Notes: generated from the letters alone by a model not told the origin. DNA of 64,000 bases from an uncultured bacterium (GCA_963720265.1 CAVRET010000002.1:136704-200703), one strand, 5' to 3'; positions 37,305-46,244 are shown, numbered from the stretch's first letter. Program-made: numbers and translations.

Positions 37305-37694
37305 TTATTTCGTAGAATCTAAAGTCGTCACTAAGCCAGATGCCAGACTAAGCAAAGGCTGATCTGACGTCATAACCTGCCATTTCTTTAGTTTAGCCAA
37401 GCCTACCAAAGCACAATCAAACGGATCAGAGTGATCAATCTCTACGCTCATCATGCTTGTAAGTTCATCCGCAAAGGGCCTATAGGCCTCTACCCCAAAA
37501 CGATCCAAAAATTCGCTTACCGGAGCATTAATCTCTAATTTTCGAATACGACGCTTAAGTTCAATTTCGAAAAGGGTCAACAAGCTGACAACTAATTCTT
37601 CATCTGCCGAGGCTAGGGTTTGCCTTGATTTTGGACCAAGGCGAGAATCCCCTACCATCCACCAAATCAACACATTGGCGTCAATTAGAATCAA
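37305..37694 (-). CDS. vapC: VapC PIN-domain toxin
   Basis: MILIDANVLIWW ... DPFD. 129 aa. Confidence 0.75.
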   Translation of the reverse strand: MILIDANVLIWWMVGDSRLGPKSRQTLASADEELVVSLLTLFEIELKRRIRKLEINAPVSEFLDRFGVEAYRPFADELTSMMSVEIDHSDPFDCALVGLAKLKKWQVMTSDQPLLSLASGLVTTLDSTK

Positions 37695-37700
37695 TTAAAC

Positions 37701-37949
37701 CTAGCTCTCACCTAACAACGCTTTGGCGACTAACTCATCCGTAGCTTTGCTAAATGCATCATTAGCAACTGATACTTTATCGCTCCAAGCTCCAAAAGCA
37801 TGAGCGCGATCAATTCTCTTCTCGGGCACTTTTGTTATCTTGTACTGCGCCTTCCCACGTGCACCAAAAACGACCTGCTCACCCTGATCGACTTTATTGA
37901 GCAGTTTAGACATATGTGTCTTCGTCTCGTGGATTGACAGAACTTTCAT
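37701..37949 (-). CDS. Phd/YefM-family antitoxin (VapB-like) partner of VapC
   Basis: MKVLSIHETKTHMSKLLNKVDQGEQVVFGARGKAQYKI matches the Phd/YefM N-terminal pattern. It ends 6 nt before the vapC start. Confidence 0.6.
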   Translation of the reverse strand: MKVLSIHETKTHMSKLLNKVDQGEQVVFGARGKAQYKITKVPEKRIDRAHAFGAWSDKVSVANDAFSKATDELVAKALLGES

Positions 37950-38029
37950 ATTTCTTAGTCTAATAGGCTAAGAATCCGCAGTCAATCGTTGTCACGCCCG
38001 CGCATCTCATAAAACACTCAGGGCTTCAC

Positions 38030-38082
38030 AGAAGTGAACAATTTTCGAACTGTTTTGGCTTAATTAAAGCAAAAGCGGCCTT
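38030..38082 (+). repeat. Island repeat R3
   Basis: CAGAAGTGAACAATTTTCGAACTGTTTTGGCTTAATTAAAGCAAAAGC. The hairpin is TTTTGGCTT/AAGCAAAA. It shares the upstream CACAGAAG with R2. Confidence 0.45.
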
Positions 38083-38113
38083 GATAACTCAAGGCCGCTG
38101 GGGCTATCAGCTC
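38066..38113. repeat. Direct repeat, copy 2 (hairpin GCGGCCTTGA-TAAC-TCAAGGCCGC); right boundary of the TA/IS island
   Basis: AAAGCGGCCTTGATAACTCAAGGCCGCTGGGGCTATCAGCTCCACCAG. See copy 1. Confidence 0.45.
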
Positions 38114-38169
38114 CACCAGACTGACTCACCCAATCTTCCAGTACAGCCCGAGCACTGACTGCTCACGCC

Positions 38170-38448
38170 TCTAATTGAGATCGGCGCGCAGCGTGTAATG
38201 AAAGACTACTCGATGCGTTCCCTCTCCGGCAGGCTCGATCGTGGGTGGATCGAAGTGCATGTGCTTCAAGATCTTAGCGTCCCCATCTATGAAGCCTTGG
38301 CCACCAGTCCCACTCGCGTCGGGCTATCGGCGGGCTCGTAGAGGGGCTTGAGATCTCCCATGCCAGCAAACTCGTCCACGATAAAGATAAAAGTGATCGA
38401 CGTGGGAGTCTCCTCGATGGAGGCGCTCAAAATGTTCATTGCCACTCC
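38170..38448 (-). pseudogene. Frameshifted remnant of an unknown gene
   Basis: Two adjacent minus-strand frames each contain a short stop-free stretch: MNILSASIEETPTSITFIFIVDEFAGMGDLKPLYEPADSPT... and ...GGQGFIDGDAKILKHMHFDPPTIEPAGEGTHRVVFHYTLRADLN. They overlap out of frame, and no ORF of 60 aa or more is present. Confidence 0.3.
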
Positions 38449-38517
38449 TGGTCCACTGAAAGACGCATCACCTGATACGCCCTTAAAATTATAACATAAA
38501 TTTTAGTATAAGTCCAA

Positions 38518-38575
38518 TGGCGGGAACTAGCGAACGATTTTCGAACTGTTTTGGCTTGAGAAAAGCCATATTCGC
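38518..38575 (+). repeat. Island repeat R4
   Basis: GGGAACTAGCGAACGATTTTCGAACTGTTTTGGCTTGAGAAAAGCCA. The hairpin is TGGCTT/AAGCCA. Its 5' part is nearly identical to R1. Confidence 0.45.
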
Positions 38576-38682
38576 ACAAATTCCCAAATAAGCCCTGACG
38601 GGGGCTACGCTCGTGCTTTAATTATGGCCCCCCAGATGGTATAAAGCTATAGTCCTCGCAACTTCAACAACCAGGAGGTACC

Positions 38683-39378
38683 GTGCGAAGGCCTGGCCTA
38701 GCAGTGGCAACCGCACTTCTTGCAGCCTCGCTGCTCGCCGTCGGCTGTAGTAGTCCCAGCAGTTCAACAGCAGACGCTCACAGCACCAGCAATACGAACT
38801 CAACGAGCACTGGCATAACGGTCAACAACGGGCCGACAGTCTCAACCATGAAGCCGGGTAAGCGGTTTACGGCCGTACCCGACTTCAGCGACTTTCAGGG
38901 TTGCGGGCGGCCATGCTGGCTGCCACTTTACGCTCAGCCGTGGGAGACGCCGCCGGCCGTAACCCACGGCTGGCCCTGTGAGTACTATGACCCGACGAGC
39001 TCAGACAACGGGCCGTACTGCCTGCACCCGCCAGCAAACCGGTCCAGGAACCAGATGGGCGACTCATCAGACCCCAACTCTGGCGACCGCGTGCTAGTGC
39101 TCTGCCAGACTACGACCCTGCCCAACGGGAGGCCAGCGCAAACGATTCGCAACGAAGCCGGCCAAGAGTCCGATGTCTGGGACAAGATAGCAGTGCCTAC
39201 GACTTTTATCGCGCCACTGAATCCGCCTATGGCGCTCATGCAAGTACCGGGCACCGAAGGTTACTTCTACGAAGCCTACGCGCCGGATATCTGGCTATTG
39301 AACAGCAGCATGAACACAAGCACCGGTCGGGCAAGTCTGCGGGTGCATAACATCCCCTGCAGCCAAGATGGTAGCTGA
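38683..39378 (+). CDS. Lipoprotein (hypothetical, Pro/Trp-rich)
   Basis: GTG start after AGGAGG. The signal peptide has a lipobox (LLAASLLAVGC-SS). Upstream TATAAA is a -10-like element. Confidence 0.5.
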   Translation: MRRPGLAVATALLAASLLAVGCSSPSSSTADAHSTSNTNSTSTGITVNNGPTVSTMKPGKRFTAVPDFSDFQGCGRPCWLPLYAQPWETPPAVTHGWPCEYYDPTSSDNGPYCLHPPANRSRNQMGDSSDPNSGDRVLVLCQTTTLPNGRPAQTIRNEAGQESDVWDKIAVPTTFIAPLNPPMALMQVPGTEGYFYEAYAPDIWLLNSSMNTSTGRASLRVHNIPCSQDGS

Positions 39379-39428
39379 ATGACTCCGTCTAGCAGAACGT
39401 CTTAACAATACGCCACGCACACTGGCGC

Positions 39429-39478
39429 TACCCCTGATGAATAAGGCAACAGACCTCCGTTCATCGGGGGCTGTTGTT
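39429..39478 (+). terminator. Rho-independent-terminator-like long hairpin after the lipoprotein gene
   Basis: CCCCTGATGAA...TTCATCGGGGG (11 bp stem with 1 mismatch) followed by CTGTTGTTTGTTCT. Confidence 0.35.
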
Positions 39479-39614
39479 TGTTCTACTTCGAGTAAACATT
39501 CATAAACCATACCGGGTGCCAAGGTTACCTTACAGCTTAACAACAGCTTTTTTATATGTCTCGTTCGGTCGGCGATTTACGAAAAATAGCTTTACCAAGC
39601 TATAAATAAGTACT

Positions 39615-39691
39615 TGGCGGGCTCGACCGGATTCGAACCGGCGATCTCCTCCGTGACAGGGAGGCGTGTTAGGCCTCTACACTACGAGCCC
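39615..39691 (-). tRNA. tRNA-Asp (anticodon GTC)
   Basis: Reverse complement GGGCTCG-TA-GTGTAGAGG...CCTCC-CTGTCAC-GGAGG...CCGG-TTCGAAT-CCGG-TCGAGCCC-G-CCA. Confidence 0.85.
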
Positions 39692-39852
39692 AAATAACCG
39701 TCAAATCGTAGCAGGTTTGAGGCTACGAAGCAACAACCTAGCGCGGAGGTAACGTTTGGAAGCCGAAGCGAGCGTGGTAGACATAGCGTAAGAGAATTAG
39801 CACCAAGCGCACGACCGTGAGCGAAGCTTCCGAGCGTTACCGCAGCGCTCAT

Positions 39853-40419
39853 CTAGTGATACCGGCTCTTCAGGTTCTCTCTCCCCCACTTGAGCGCCTT
39901 GGCCATCCAAATCAGCTCCTCGTACGAAGTCTCGATGTACTTCCGATACGCCGGGTCCGTTAGGTTGCCGTCAGCATCAAACAACTGCTCAATTTGCGGA
40001 AAATGCATATCAGTAAAGGTCGCCGCCAGCCCCAGCTCGCGCGTTGTCAGCGTCAGCGCCTCGATCGCCCGCACCCCTCCCCAGCGCTGGCTAGAGCACC
40101 CGGCAAATGCCACCGGTTTGTGAATGTAGTATTCAAGCTCCGAGTCGAGCATGCGCTTGAGCGAGCCCGGAAAGCTGTGGTTGTACTCCGGCGTCACAAT
40201 GAAGAACGCTTCCGAGCGCTTCACAATCTCGCCGTACCGCGGATCTTTACCCTCGGGATCATTGCCGTCACCCGGAAAGTTGAAATCCACCGGGTCCACA
40301 AACGTGATCTCCACTCCCGGCTGTTCCCGTCCGATCTCTGCTACTAACTTCGCAGCGTGAATCGACACCCGCTGGACCCGGGTTGTTCCGGCCAGTACGG
40401 CGATCTTAAGAGGCTGCAT
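39853..40419 (-). CDS. NADPH-dependent FMN reductase (flavodoxin-like fold)
   Basis: MQPLKIAVLAGTTR...FIVTPEYNHSFPGSLKRMLD is the typical FMN_red signature. Confidence 0.7.
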   Translation of the reverse strand: MQPLKIAVLAGTTRVQRVSIHAAKLVAEIGREQPGVEITFVDPVDFNFPGDGNDPEGKDPRYGEIVKRSEAFFIVTPEYNHSFPGSLKRMLDSELEYYIHKPVAFAGCSSQRWGGVRAIEALTLTTRELGLAATFTDMHFPQIEQLFDADGNLTDPAYRKYIETSYEELIWMAKALKWGRENLKSRYH

Positions 40420-40429
40420 ATTCCCTCCG

Positions 40430-41434
40430 TTATTGCTTAATGAAGACGTGAACCTTGGCCCTCTTGATCTGCCCTTGCATATAAGTGTTGAAGTCAGTCG
40501 TCTTCACCAGGATTTCCTGCGCATGAATTGAGCCGTCGGGGTTTTTGGCTATCACTTTGTAAACCGCATACCCGCCCGATACTTTCACCACGTCTGACAC
40601 CTGCCCCGGCTGCAGTGCATTCACTGCCGTCCACACATCACTCGGCACCTGGCTCTTGGTGAAGTTGCCCATGTCGCCGCCGTTTGCCGCATCAGTCGCT
40701 TGCGACTCCTTTTTTGCCAGTGTGGCAAAATCCGACCCACCCTTAATCTCGCTCAAAATGCTTTGCGCCTTAGCCTTGGCCGCTGCTGCCGCCGGTCCAT
40801 TCGTGACCGCGTTTTGCACATCTTGTTGCAACAGTTGCTCCCGGATTACTTTCTTGAGGTCATTCAGATTCCAGCCATAAACCTGATTAAGCATCTTGAG
40901 CAGTGTCGCCTGACCACCATACCGCTCATAAAACTGGCTCAACAGATTGTTAACGTCCTTGTCGCTCAGCTTCACGTGCTCCTGCCCAGCGAGTTGTGCC
41001 ACCAGCGCCTGCAGCTCCAACGTATTGAGCGACTGCTTCTTCATCGATGCCACCAGTTTTTTGCCACTCGCCGAGTTAAAGTTTACCGCCGCCTGGTTGT
41101 TGAGCTTGGAATTATACTGATACGCCCGCTCGTTCAGATTGAGCTGGAACAAATAATCGCTGTAACGTACCCAATGCCCGTTTACCGTCTCCACCGGATA
41201 TGGCACCACCTCTGCGGCTGCGTTAACGGCTGGATTATCACTCTGGTAGGCGTAAATCATGACCCCAAACAGCACCACGAGTATTACTGCCAGACCCACC
41301 ACTATACCTGCTACGATCATGGCTGGACGCTTCCAGCCGCGGTGCGCCTTGGACTCACTCGATGATTCAGTTGTCTCGCTTGGCATAAACTCCTTTATGG
41401 CCGCAGGCAGCTCACCGCCGGGCTCCGGCTTCAC
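40430..41434 (-). CDS. Membrane-anchored parvulin-type peptidyl-prolyl isomerase (PrsA/SurA-like foldase)
   Basis: N-terminal TM, a chaperone-like middle region, and a C-terminal PpiC domain (DFATLAKKESQATDAANGGDMGNFTKSQVPSDVWTAVNALQPGQVSDVVKVSGGYAVYKV). Confidence 0.6.
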   Translation of the reverse strand: MKPEPGGELPAAIKEFMPSETTESSSESKAHRGWKRPAMIVAGIVVGLAVILVVLFGVMIYAYQSDNPAVNAAAEVVPYPVETVNGHWVRYSDYLFQLNLNERAYQYNSKLNNQAAVNFNSASGKKLVASMKKQSLNTLELQALVAQLAGQEHVKLSDKDVNNLLSQFYERYGGQATLLKMLNQVYGWNLNDLKKVIREQLLQQDVQNAVTNGPAAAAAKAKAQSILSEIKGGSDFATLAKKESQATDAANGGDMGNFTKSQVPSDVWTAVNALQPGQVSDVVKVSGGYAVYKVIAKNPDGSIHAQEILVKTTDFNTYMQGQIKRAKVHVFIKQ

Positions 41435-41571
41435 ATGTGATTACAATGCTAACGTATGTATCTCGCGCTGTCGACCCAGGCTGTCCGACGATTTGCACCT
41501 TGCGGTCCGCTTGGTAGTTGGGTTTATAGTAGCCACATTGACAACTCCCTCAACCCGAGAGGCAGGCTCCA

Positions 41572-41970
41572 GTGTGGGTCCTACTATGGCGATGGTTCCG
41601 ACTGCTCGTACCAGTCCTGGGCGCGCAGTTCGCGATCCAGGCCGGCATCGAGTACCTCTGGCTCGACCGCACCTGGCACATGGGACGAATGTGGTTCAAC
41701 CTCGCGCTCGTGTCGTTCGTCATGATGCTGATAGTGATCTGGGTTAGTCGCATCAAGCGCGGATGGGTCTACATCCTGACGTTCATTATCCTCTTCTACG
41801 TCCTGCAAATTCAGCGGCAACTCCTCGAACCGATCATTACCAACGCGGCGATCCGCTGGCCCATCAACCAGCAACTGGCCTACTGCGGCGTAGTGATGGT
41901 AATGGCGCTCATCATCGCGACCCGCGTCGAGAGCCTATACCAGGACACCGAGGAAGTAATCTTCGGCTAG
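41572..41970 (+). CDS. Hypothetical membrane protein (132 aa, 3-4 TM)
   Basis: Hydrophobic ORF next to tRNA-Arg. No motif recognised. Confidence 0.3.
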   Translation: MWVLLWRWFRLLVPVLGAQFAIQAGIEYLWLDRTWHMGRMWFNLALVSFVMMLIVIWVSRIKRGWVYILTFIILFYVLQIQRQLLEPIITNAAIRWPINQQLAYCGVVMVMALIIATRVESLYQDTEEVIFG

Positions 41971-42072
41971 GACCCGCTCCGCGGTGCCGGAGACTATCAA
42001 GAGGGAGTGCCAATCACAAGCCGGTCGCGCGAATGCGGCCGGCTCCCTCTTTGCTATAATCGCTGTTAGCGT

Positions 42073-42148
42073 GCCCCGGTAGCTCAGCGGATAGAGCGTC
42101 TCCGTCCTAAGGAGAGCGTCGGGGGTTCGATTCCCTCCCGGGGCACCA
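42073..42148 (+). tRNA. tRNA-Arg (anticodon CCT)
   Basis: GCCCCGG-TA-GCTC-AGCGGATA-GAGC-G-TCTCC-GTCCTAA-GGAGA-GCGTC-GGGGG-TTCGATT-CCCTC-CCGGGGC-A-CCA. Confidence 0.85.
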
Positions 42149-43739
42149 ATGAAGCTTCTTCAGAACTACCGTCTAATAAAATAGGCTTAAGAGAAGCATT
42201 CCCATTGCCCGCACCGGCCGCCACCAGTTGGCGGCTTTTGGTTCGCATCACCGTAATCGTCTTAAACGGCTCCATGAGTACTGCTTCAGTAACGCCGCTT
42301 GGCACGTCCACCAGTACCCGCTCAAACAGGGCCTGGTTCATGCGCCGCCTTAGCATATCCGGAGCTAGCCGGTAGAAGCGGTCACAATCCTTCAACAGAT
42401 CGAGGGCCACTTGCAGTAAGCCTTCAACATCGGAAAACTGCTTCCGGGCACCTGCTAGTAGCCCTTCCGCTTGCTCTGACTCATGGTTAATACGCGACTG
42501 CTCTTCGGCTAACACATCTAGCTCAAGAGCGCCTGCATAATACGCCTGGAGCAATTTGGAGCGCTCCAGTTTGAGTTTACGCAACTTCTCGGCCTGGATA
42601 CGTTCGTCACGCTCATTTACTTCCTGGCGGCTTGTGAGCTGAACACGGATCTGTTCCTTTATCGCGCTAGCCTCGTCTTCGCTCAGCTTTAGCGTCCGGT
42701 AGTGCTCAACCAAGCTTTGTTCCGCATCTTCGGCCGCCACATATGGCAAGTCACACTCATGGCGATGCGGTCTAGCTGCGCAGAAGTAGTACAGGTACGT
42801 TTCCTTCTTTGCACTCGCTATACACATTCGTGACCCACACCGACCGCAATACAGAGTGCTTTTCAGATAGTGATTATGTCTGCGCTGCTTCTCGCCAGCC
42901 GACCGCGATTGCAATACCTGCTGCACTCGATTGAACAGCTCTTTCGGTACCAGCGGTTCATGCCGACCTTCGTACTCAACACCGCGATAGGTAATGACTC
43001 CGCAATAGTAGGCATTGTGCAGCAACTTTGCCAACACCTGGTGCCGTAGCACACGTCCATCAGTGCGCTTGCTACTGCGAGGTAATAGTCCTCGCGCGGT
43101 CATAATCTCGGCTAACTGTATTAATGAGTACTCGCCAGTGGCATACATCTCAAAGGCCAACTTCACCAATGGCGCCCTATGAGGGTCCACCACTACTGTG
43201 CGCACATCATGACCATCCACGGTAGCACTGGTATTAATATAGCCAACTGGCGCCAAAGTGAGTGTGCCACCGCTCTTGGCCTTTTGTGTCATGCCCTTTA
43301 TCACTTCGGTGGCCAAGTTCCCGGAGTAGAATTCGGCTATGGTCGCCATTATCCCATGGAGCAATCTTCCTGAGGGAGTGGCATCGATGTTCTCGGTCGC
43401 CGAAACTAACTGCGCCCCTGCTGCTCGAATGGCTAGGTTGATCGAAAAATCGTCATCCCGGTTCCGGGCCAGTCGATCCACCTTGTGAACCAGAACGTAG
43501 TCGATATCCTTATCTGCTTTGAGTTTGGCCAACATATCTTTGAGCCGTGGCCGGTCTGCAGATCGCGCCGATTCGCCACGGTCAATGTATTCGGCCACCA
43601 CCTCTGCACCAAGGCTATCAGCCTTGCGTCGGCAAGCCTCGCGTTGGGCCGGAATTGAATAGCCTTCCGGATCTTGATCTTTTTGAGCTTGTTCGAGCGT
43701 CGAAACGCGTAAGTAAATAACAGCTTTCTTCATAGGCAT
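42084..43739 (-). CDS. Large serine recombinase (resolvase catalytic domain + recombinase domain + zinc ribbon); the C-terminal ORF tail overlaps tRNA-Arg antisense
   Basis: The N-terminus AVIYLRVSTLEQAQKD...SIPAQREA...DRLARN is a serine-recombinase catalytic domain. A recombinase middle domain and LYCGRCGSRMC zinc ribbon follow. The last ~20 codons (REGIEPPTLSLGRRRSIR) are an antisense translation of the tRNA. Confidence 0.8.
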   Translation of the reverse strand: MPMKKAVIYLRVSTLEQAQKDQDPEGYSIPAQREACRRKADSLGAEVVAEYIDRGESARSADRPRLKDMLAKLKADKDIDYVLVHKVDRLARNRDDDFSINLAIRAAGAQLVSATENIDATPSGRLLHGIMATIAEFYSGNLATEVIKGMTQKAKSGGTLTLAPVGYINTSATVDGHDVRTVVVDPHRAPLVKLAFEMYATGEYSLIQLAEIMTARGLLPRSSKRTDGRVLRHQVLAKLLHNAYYCGVITYRGVEYEGRHEPLVPKELFNRVQQVLQSRSAGEKQRRHNHYLKSTLYCGRCGSRMCIASAKKETYLYYFCAARPHRHECDLPYVAAEDAEQSLVEHYRTLKLSEDEASAIKEQIRVQLTSRQEVNERDERIQAEKLRKLKLERSKLLQAYYAGALELDVLAEEQSRINHESEQAEGLLAGARKQFSDVEGLLQVALDLLKDCDRFYRLAPDMLRRRMNQALFERVLVDVPSGVTEAVLMEPFKTITVMRTKSRQLVAAGAGNGNASLKPILLDGSSEEASLVPREGIEPPTLSLGRRRSIR

Positions 43740-43826
43740 GTCCTCCCGATTAATGGATCAGGAGAGGATACCAGATCTGAAGCCGATGGAAAGAGGCGTT
43801 CTACAGATATAGCCTATAATGGAACC

Positions 43827-44078
43827 ATGAATTCTATCGATATTAGAATCTGGCCATCAGTGAGCCGTTACCCCAAGGGAGGTTGGGAACACGCCTATAC
43901 ACTGCCAGATGGCGGCAAAGGAGGTGGCGGTCATAGGAACGTAACTTTAGATCAGGCCAAATCACTTATCTCGACTACGCTCGCAGAAATGGGCTACGCG
44001 GACTATCAGCTCAACTTTATCGTTGGCGACATGGTATTTACGCCTCTAGGCGAGCACGATGATTCAGACTCTGCTTAA
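43827..44078 (+). CDS. Hypothetical protein (83 aa)
   Basis: TATAAT-like -10 at 43819-43824 and an ATG at 43827. No motif recognised. Confidence 0.3.
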   Translation: MNSIDIRIWPSVSRYPKGGWEHAYTLPDGGKGGGGHRNVTLDQAKSLISTTLAEMGYADYQLNFIVGDMVFTPLGEHDDSDSA

Positions 44079-44849
44079 CACCTCCATTACATGCTCAATC
44101 AGCTCAACCTGGAAGATACGCCGATGGTGAATTGGCAGGCGCTGGACGAGCTGGTCGATTACTGCCTTGCGGCTGTCATCTGGAACAAGAAATAGTACCT
44201 TCGGAAATACCCCGGTCTGATGCTGTTCGCGGCCTCTAGCCCAATACTTTGTGTAAGCATCAAGCTTTTGCCTCAGTTGTGGCCTGCGCTCGGTGCCCAA
44301 GTCCATCTCGATAAACCAGTAATAGGCATATTGACCAATATGCGTCTTCACATTAGCGTCCGGCCGCAGGAGCTGGCGCCCATAGACACCAACGTCCCGC
44401 CGAGGCTCAACTTGAAACGATTTAACGGTTAGCTTGTCTTCGCGCTCCAGCTCCTTTAGCCCCACGTATAACTCGGTAACGGCCAAAGCGTGACCGATAT
44501 ACTGCTCACCTGGGAGTTTCGGCGTCCTCACGGGTGATGTCCCACGACTCAGCAAGGCAATTGCCGGACGTGCCAGGGTAAGCACCATGCTAGCTGACCC
44601 GGCTCGTACACCCCCAACTTGTCGTGGTAAGCGAGTGATTATCCGTTGATCTGCCAATCGTTTAAGGATTCGAGCTGCCACACGTGTGTTACCAAGAGGG
44701 GTACCATCATATACATGAACTCGTTGTATCTGTCGGCTTGTAGCAAATCGTACTCGTAGTAGCGTCTTCAAAACTGCCAAATCACGTTCACTGAGCTCAT
44801 ATGCGTGCCTGTCTACGTAGGCGGTTATAGTACAGGATGTCATATACAT
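44064..44849 (-). CDS. Replication-relaxation family protein (plasmid/ICE-type)
   Basis: 261 aa. The N-terminal winged-helix LSERDLAVLKTLLRVRFATSRQIQRV and overall pattern resemble the Replic_Relax family of actinomycete integrative elements. The assignment is from pattern memory and is tentative. Confidence 0.45.
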   Translation of the reverse strand: MYMTSCTITAYVDRHAYELSERDLAVLKTLLRVRFATSRQIQRVHVYDGTPLGNTRVAARILKRLADQRIITRLPRQVGGVRAGSASMVLTLARPAIALLSRGTSPVRTPKLPGEQYIGHALAVTELYVGLKELEREDKLTVKSFQVEPRRDVGVYGRQLLRPDANVKTHIGQYAYYWFIEMDLGTERRPQLRQKLDAYTKYWARGREQHQTGVFPKVLFLVPDDSRKAVIDQLVQRLPIHHRRIFQVELIEHVMEVLSRV

Positions 44850-45341
44850 TCCTGTATATAAGTCACACGCGTACCTTTGCGTCCGGCACGTCCCCCAAGC
44901 GATTCAGCTTGTCTTGTGGACCACACGATTTGAATAGCGGTGCGAGCACTAATTCTTACTGCATTTATCTTCATATTCTGGGTCCTCCGCTTACTGAACT
45001 GGAGAGGATACCAGATGTGGGCACAAAAAATACAAAATCGCCGCCGGTAAACACTAAATAATGGCTGTACGTACAGGCATTAGGTTCATCCGAGAACAAT
45101 TAATTAGATAATGGTACATTTTGAAGAAATCACCGGTGAGGCTATAATGACATTACGCAATGAAAGTGCTTATGGTACATCATAAGCAGAGTAAGTTACG
45201 ACAGAAGGGAAATAGAACGAACATTATGTCTAGTTCTGACTAGTATTACCCGAAGGTAAAGGGGCTGCGAACGCAGCCCCTTTAAATTGCTCACGGAATT
45301 TTATTGCTTTAGGCTATGGTATAGGAAAAGAGAGACAACGG

Positions 45342-46244
45342 ATGATGATGCCAGACTGGGAAGACGTGCTCAAGTTCTTTCGAGATGTTTTCACTACCGC
45401 GATAGTCGAAAAAATTCTTGGTGTGGCAATTGGTGCGCTTATTGGAGCAGCCCTAGGTGGAGCAACAGAACGTGGAATTGCCCCAGAAATCGGCGGCGCC
45501 ATAGGTGCGATAGTAGGCTTCGTAACCGCCATGCTTGTCGTTCGTTCAAGAATAAAGAACGCAAAAAAGCCACCACAGATCACACTCTATCAACATATTA
45601 TTCACAGCTATGATAGTGAGCACAAACTCCGACGTGTGCGTGAGAAAAGACGCGTTAAAAACATGACCTCCGACAACATGGAATCGGTACGCGTAGGAAT
45701 TGGACCAGTCGGCCCAGATCTTCCTATTTACGTATCTACCGACACGCAGAAAATAGATGCAGCAAGGCAAGCTAAGCGCCCATATGGCGTGATCATGGCG
45801 ATTGATAGCGGCACTATTAACTATCGCGAGCAAGACCGGGATCCCATGACGCACGATATCCTGTTCGATTTTAACTTCGACTACCCATTACCAGGTCACA
45901 AGCGCCAAGAGGAGCATTTCATTTTCGAAACAACTTACTACGGAGAGTCGCATTACTACAAGCGAAATTATGTAAGCATACGACCACGAACAACTAGAAA
46001 AAAGGCGAGATTTACACTTGAGTTCACGGCTGATTCTCGCCCTCGTGGAGGGGTAGTCTACCCAACCAAATGGCCGTCAGGCCATGACGCGGAGGCCAAT
46101 GGAGATCGTATTGCTCACAAAAAGAAGATGGTGGATAGTGATAACCGATTGCACTATCGTTGGCCAGGCTGGCTTCTTGGAAGCCCAAATAAGAAGATAA
46201 CGTACGGTTTGTCTTGGGATCCTCCAACATCTCGGTCAACCTAA
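45342..46244 (+). CDS. Hypothetical membrane-anchored protein (glycine-zipper TM region, 300 aa)
   Basis: GVAIGALIGAALGGATERGIAPEIGGAIGAIVGFVTAML is followed by a basic soluble domain. No motif recognised. Confidence 0.35.
   Translation: MMMPDWEDVLKFFRDVFTTAIVEKILGVAIGALIGAALGGATERGIAPEIGGAIGAIVGFVTAMLVVRSRIKNAKKPPQITLYQHIIHSYDSEHKLRRVREKRRVKNMTSDNMESVRVGIGPVGPDLPIYVSTDTQKIDAARQAKRPYGVIMAIDSGTINYREQDRDPMTHDILFDFNFDYPLPGHKRQEEHFIFETTYYGESHYYKRNYVSIRPRTTRKKARFTLEFTADSRPRGGVVYPTKWPSGHDAEANGDRIAHKKKMVDSDNRLHYRWPGWLLGSPNKKITYGLSWDPPTSRST

Noticed and set aside
42084-42148. C-terminal about 20 residues of the serine-recombinase ORF as genuine protein sequence
   Set aside because: This stretch (EGIEPPTLSLGRRRSIR) is antisense translation of tRNA-Arg. 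The real stop may lie here by chance, but the tail is unlikely to be functionally meaningful. The overlap itself is retained as evidence for tRNA-site integration.
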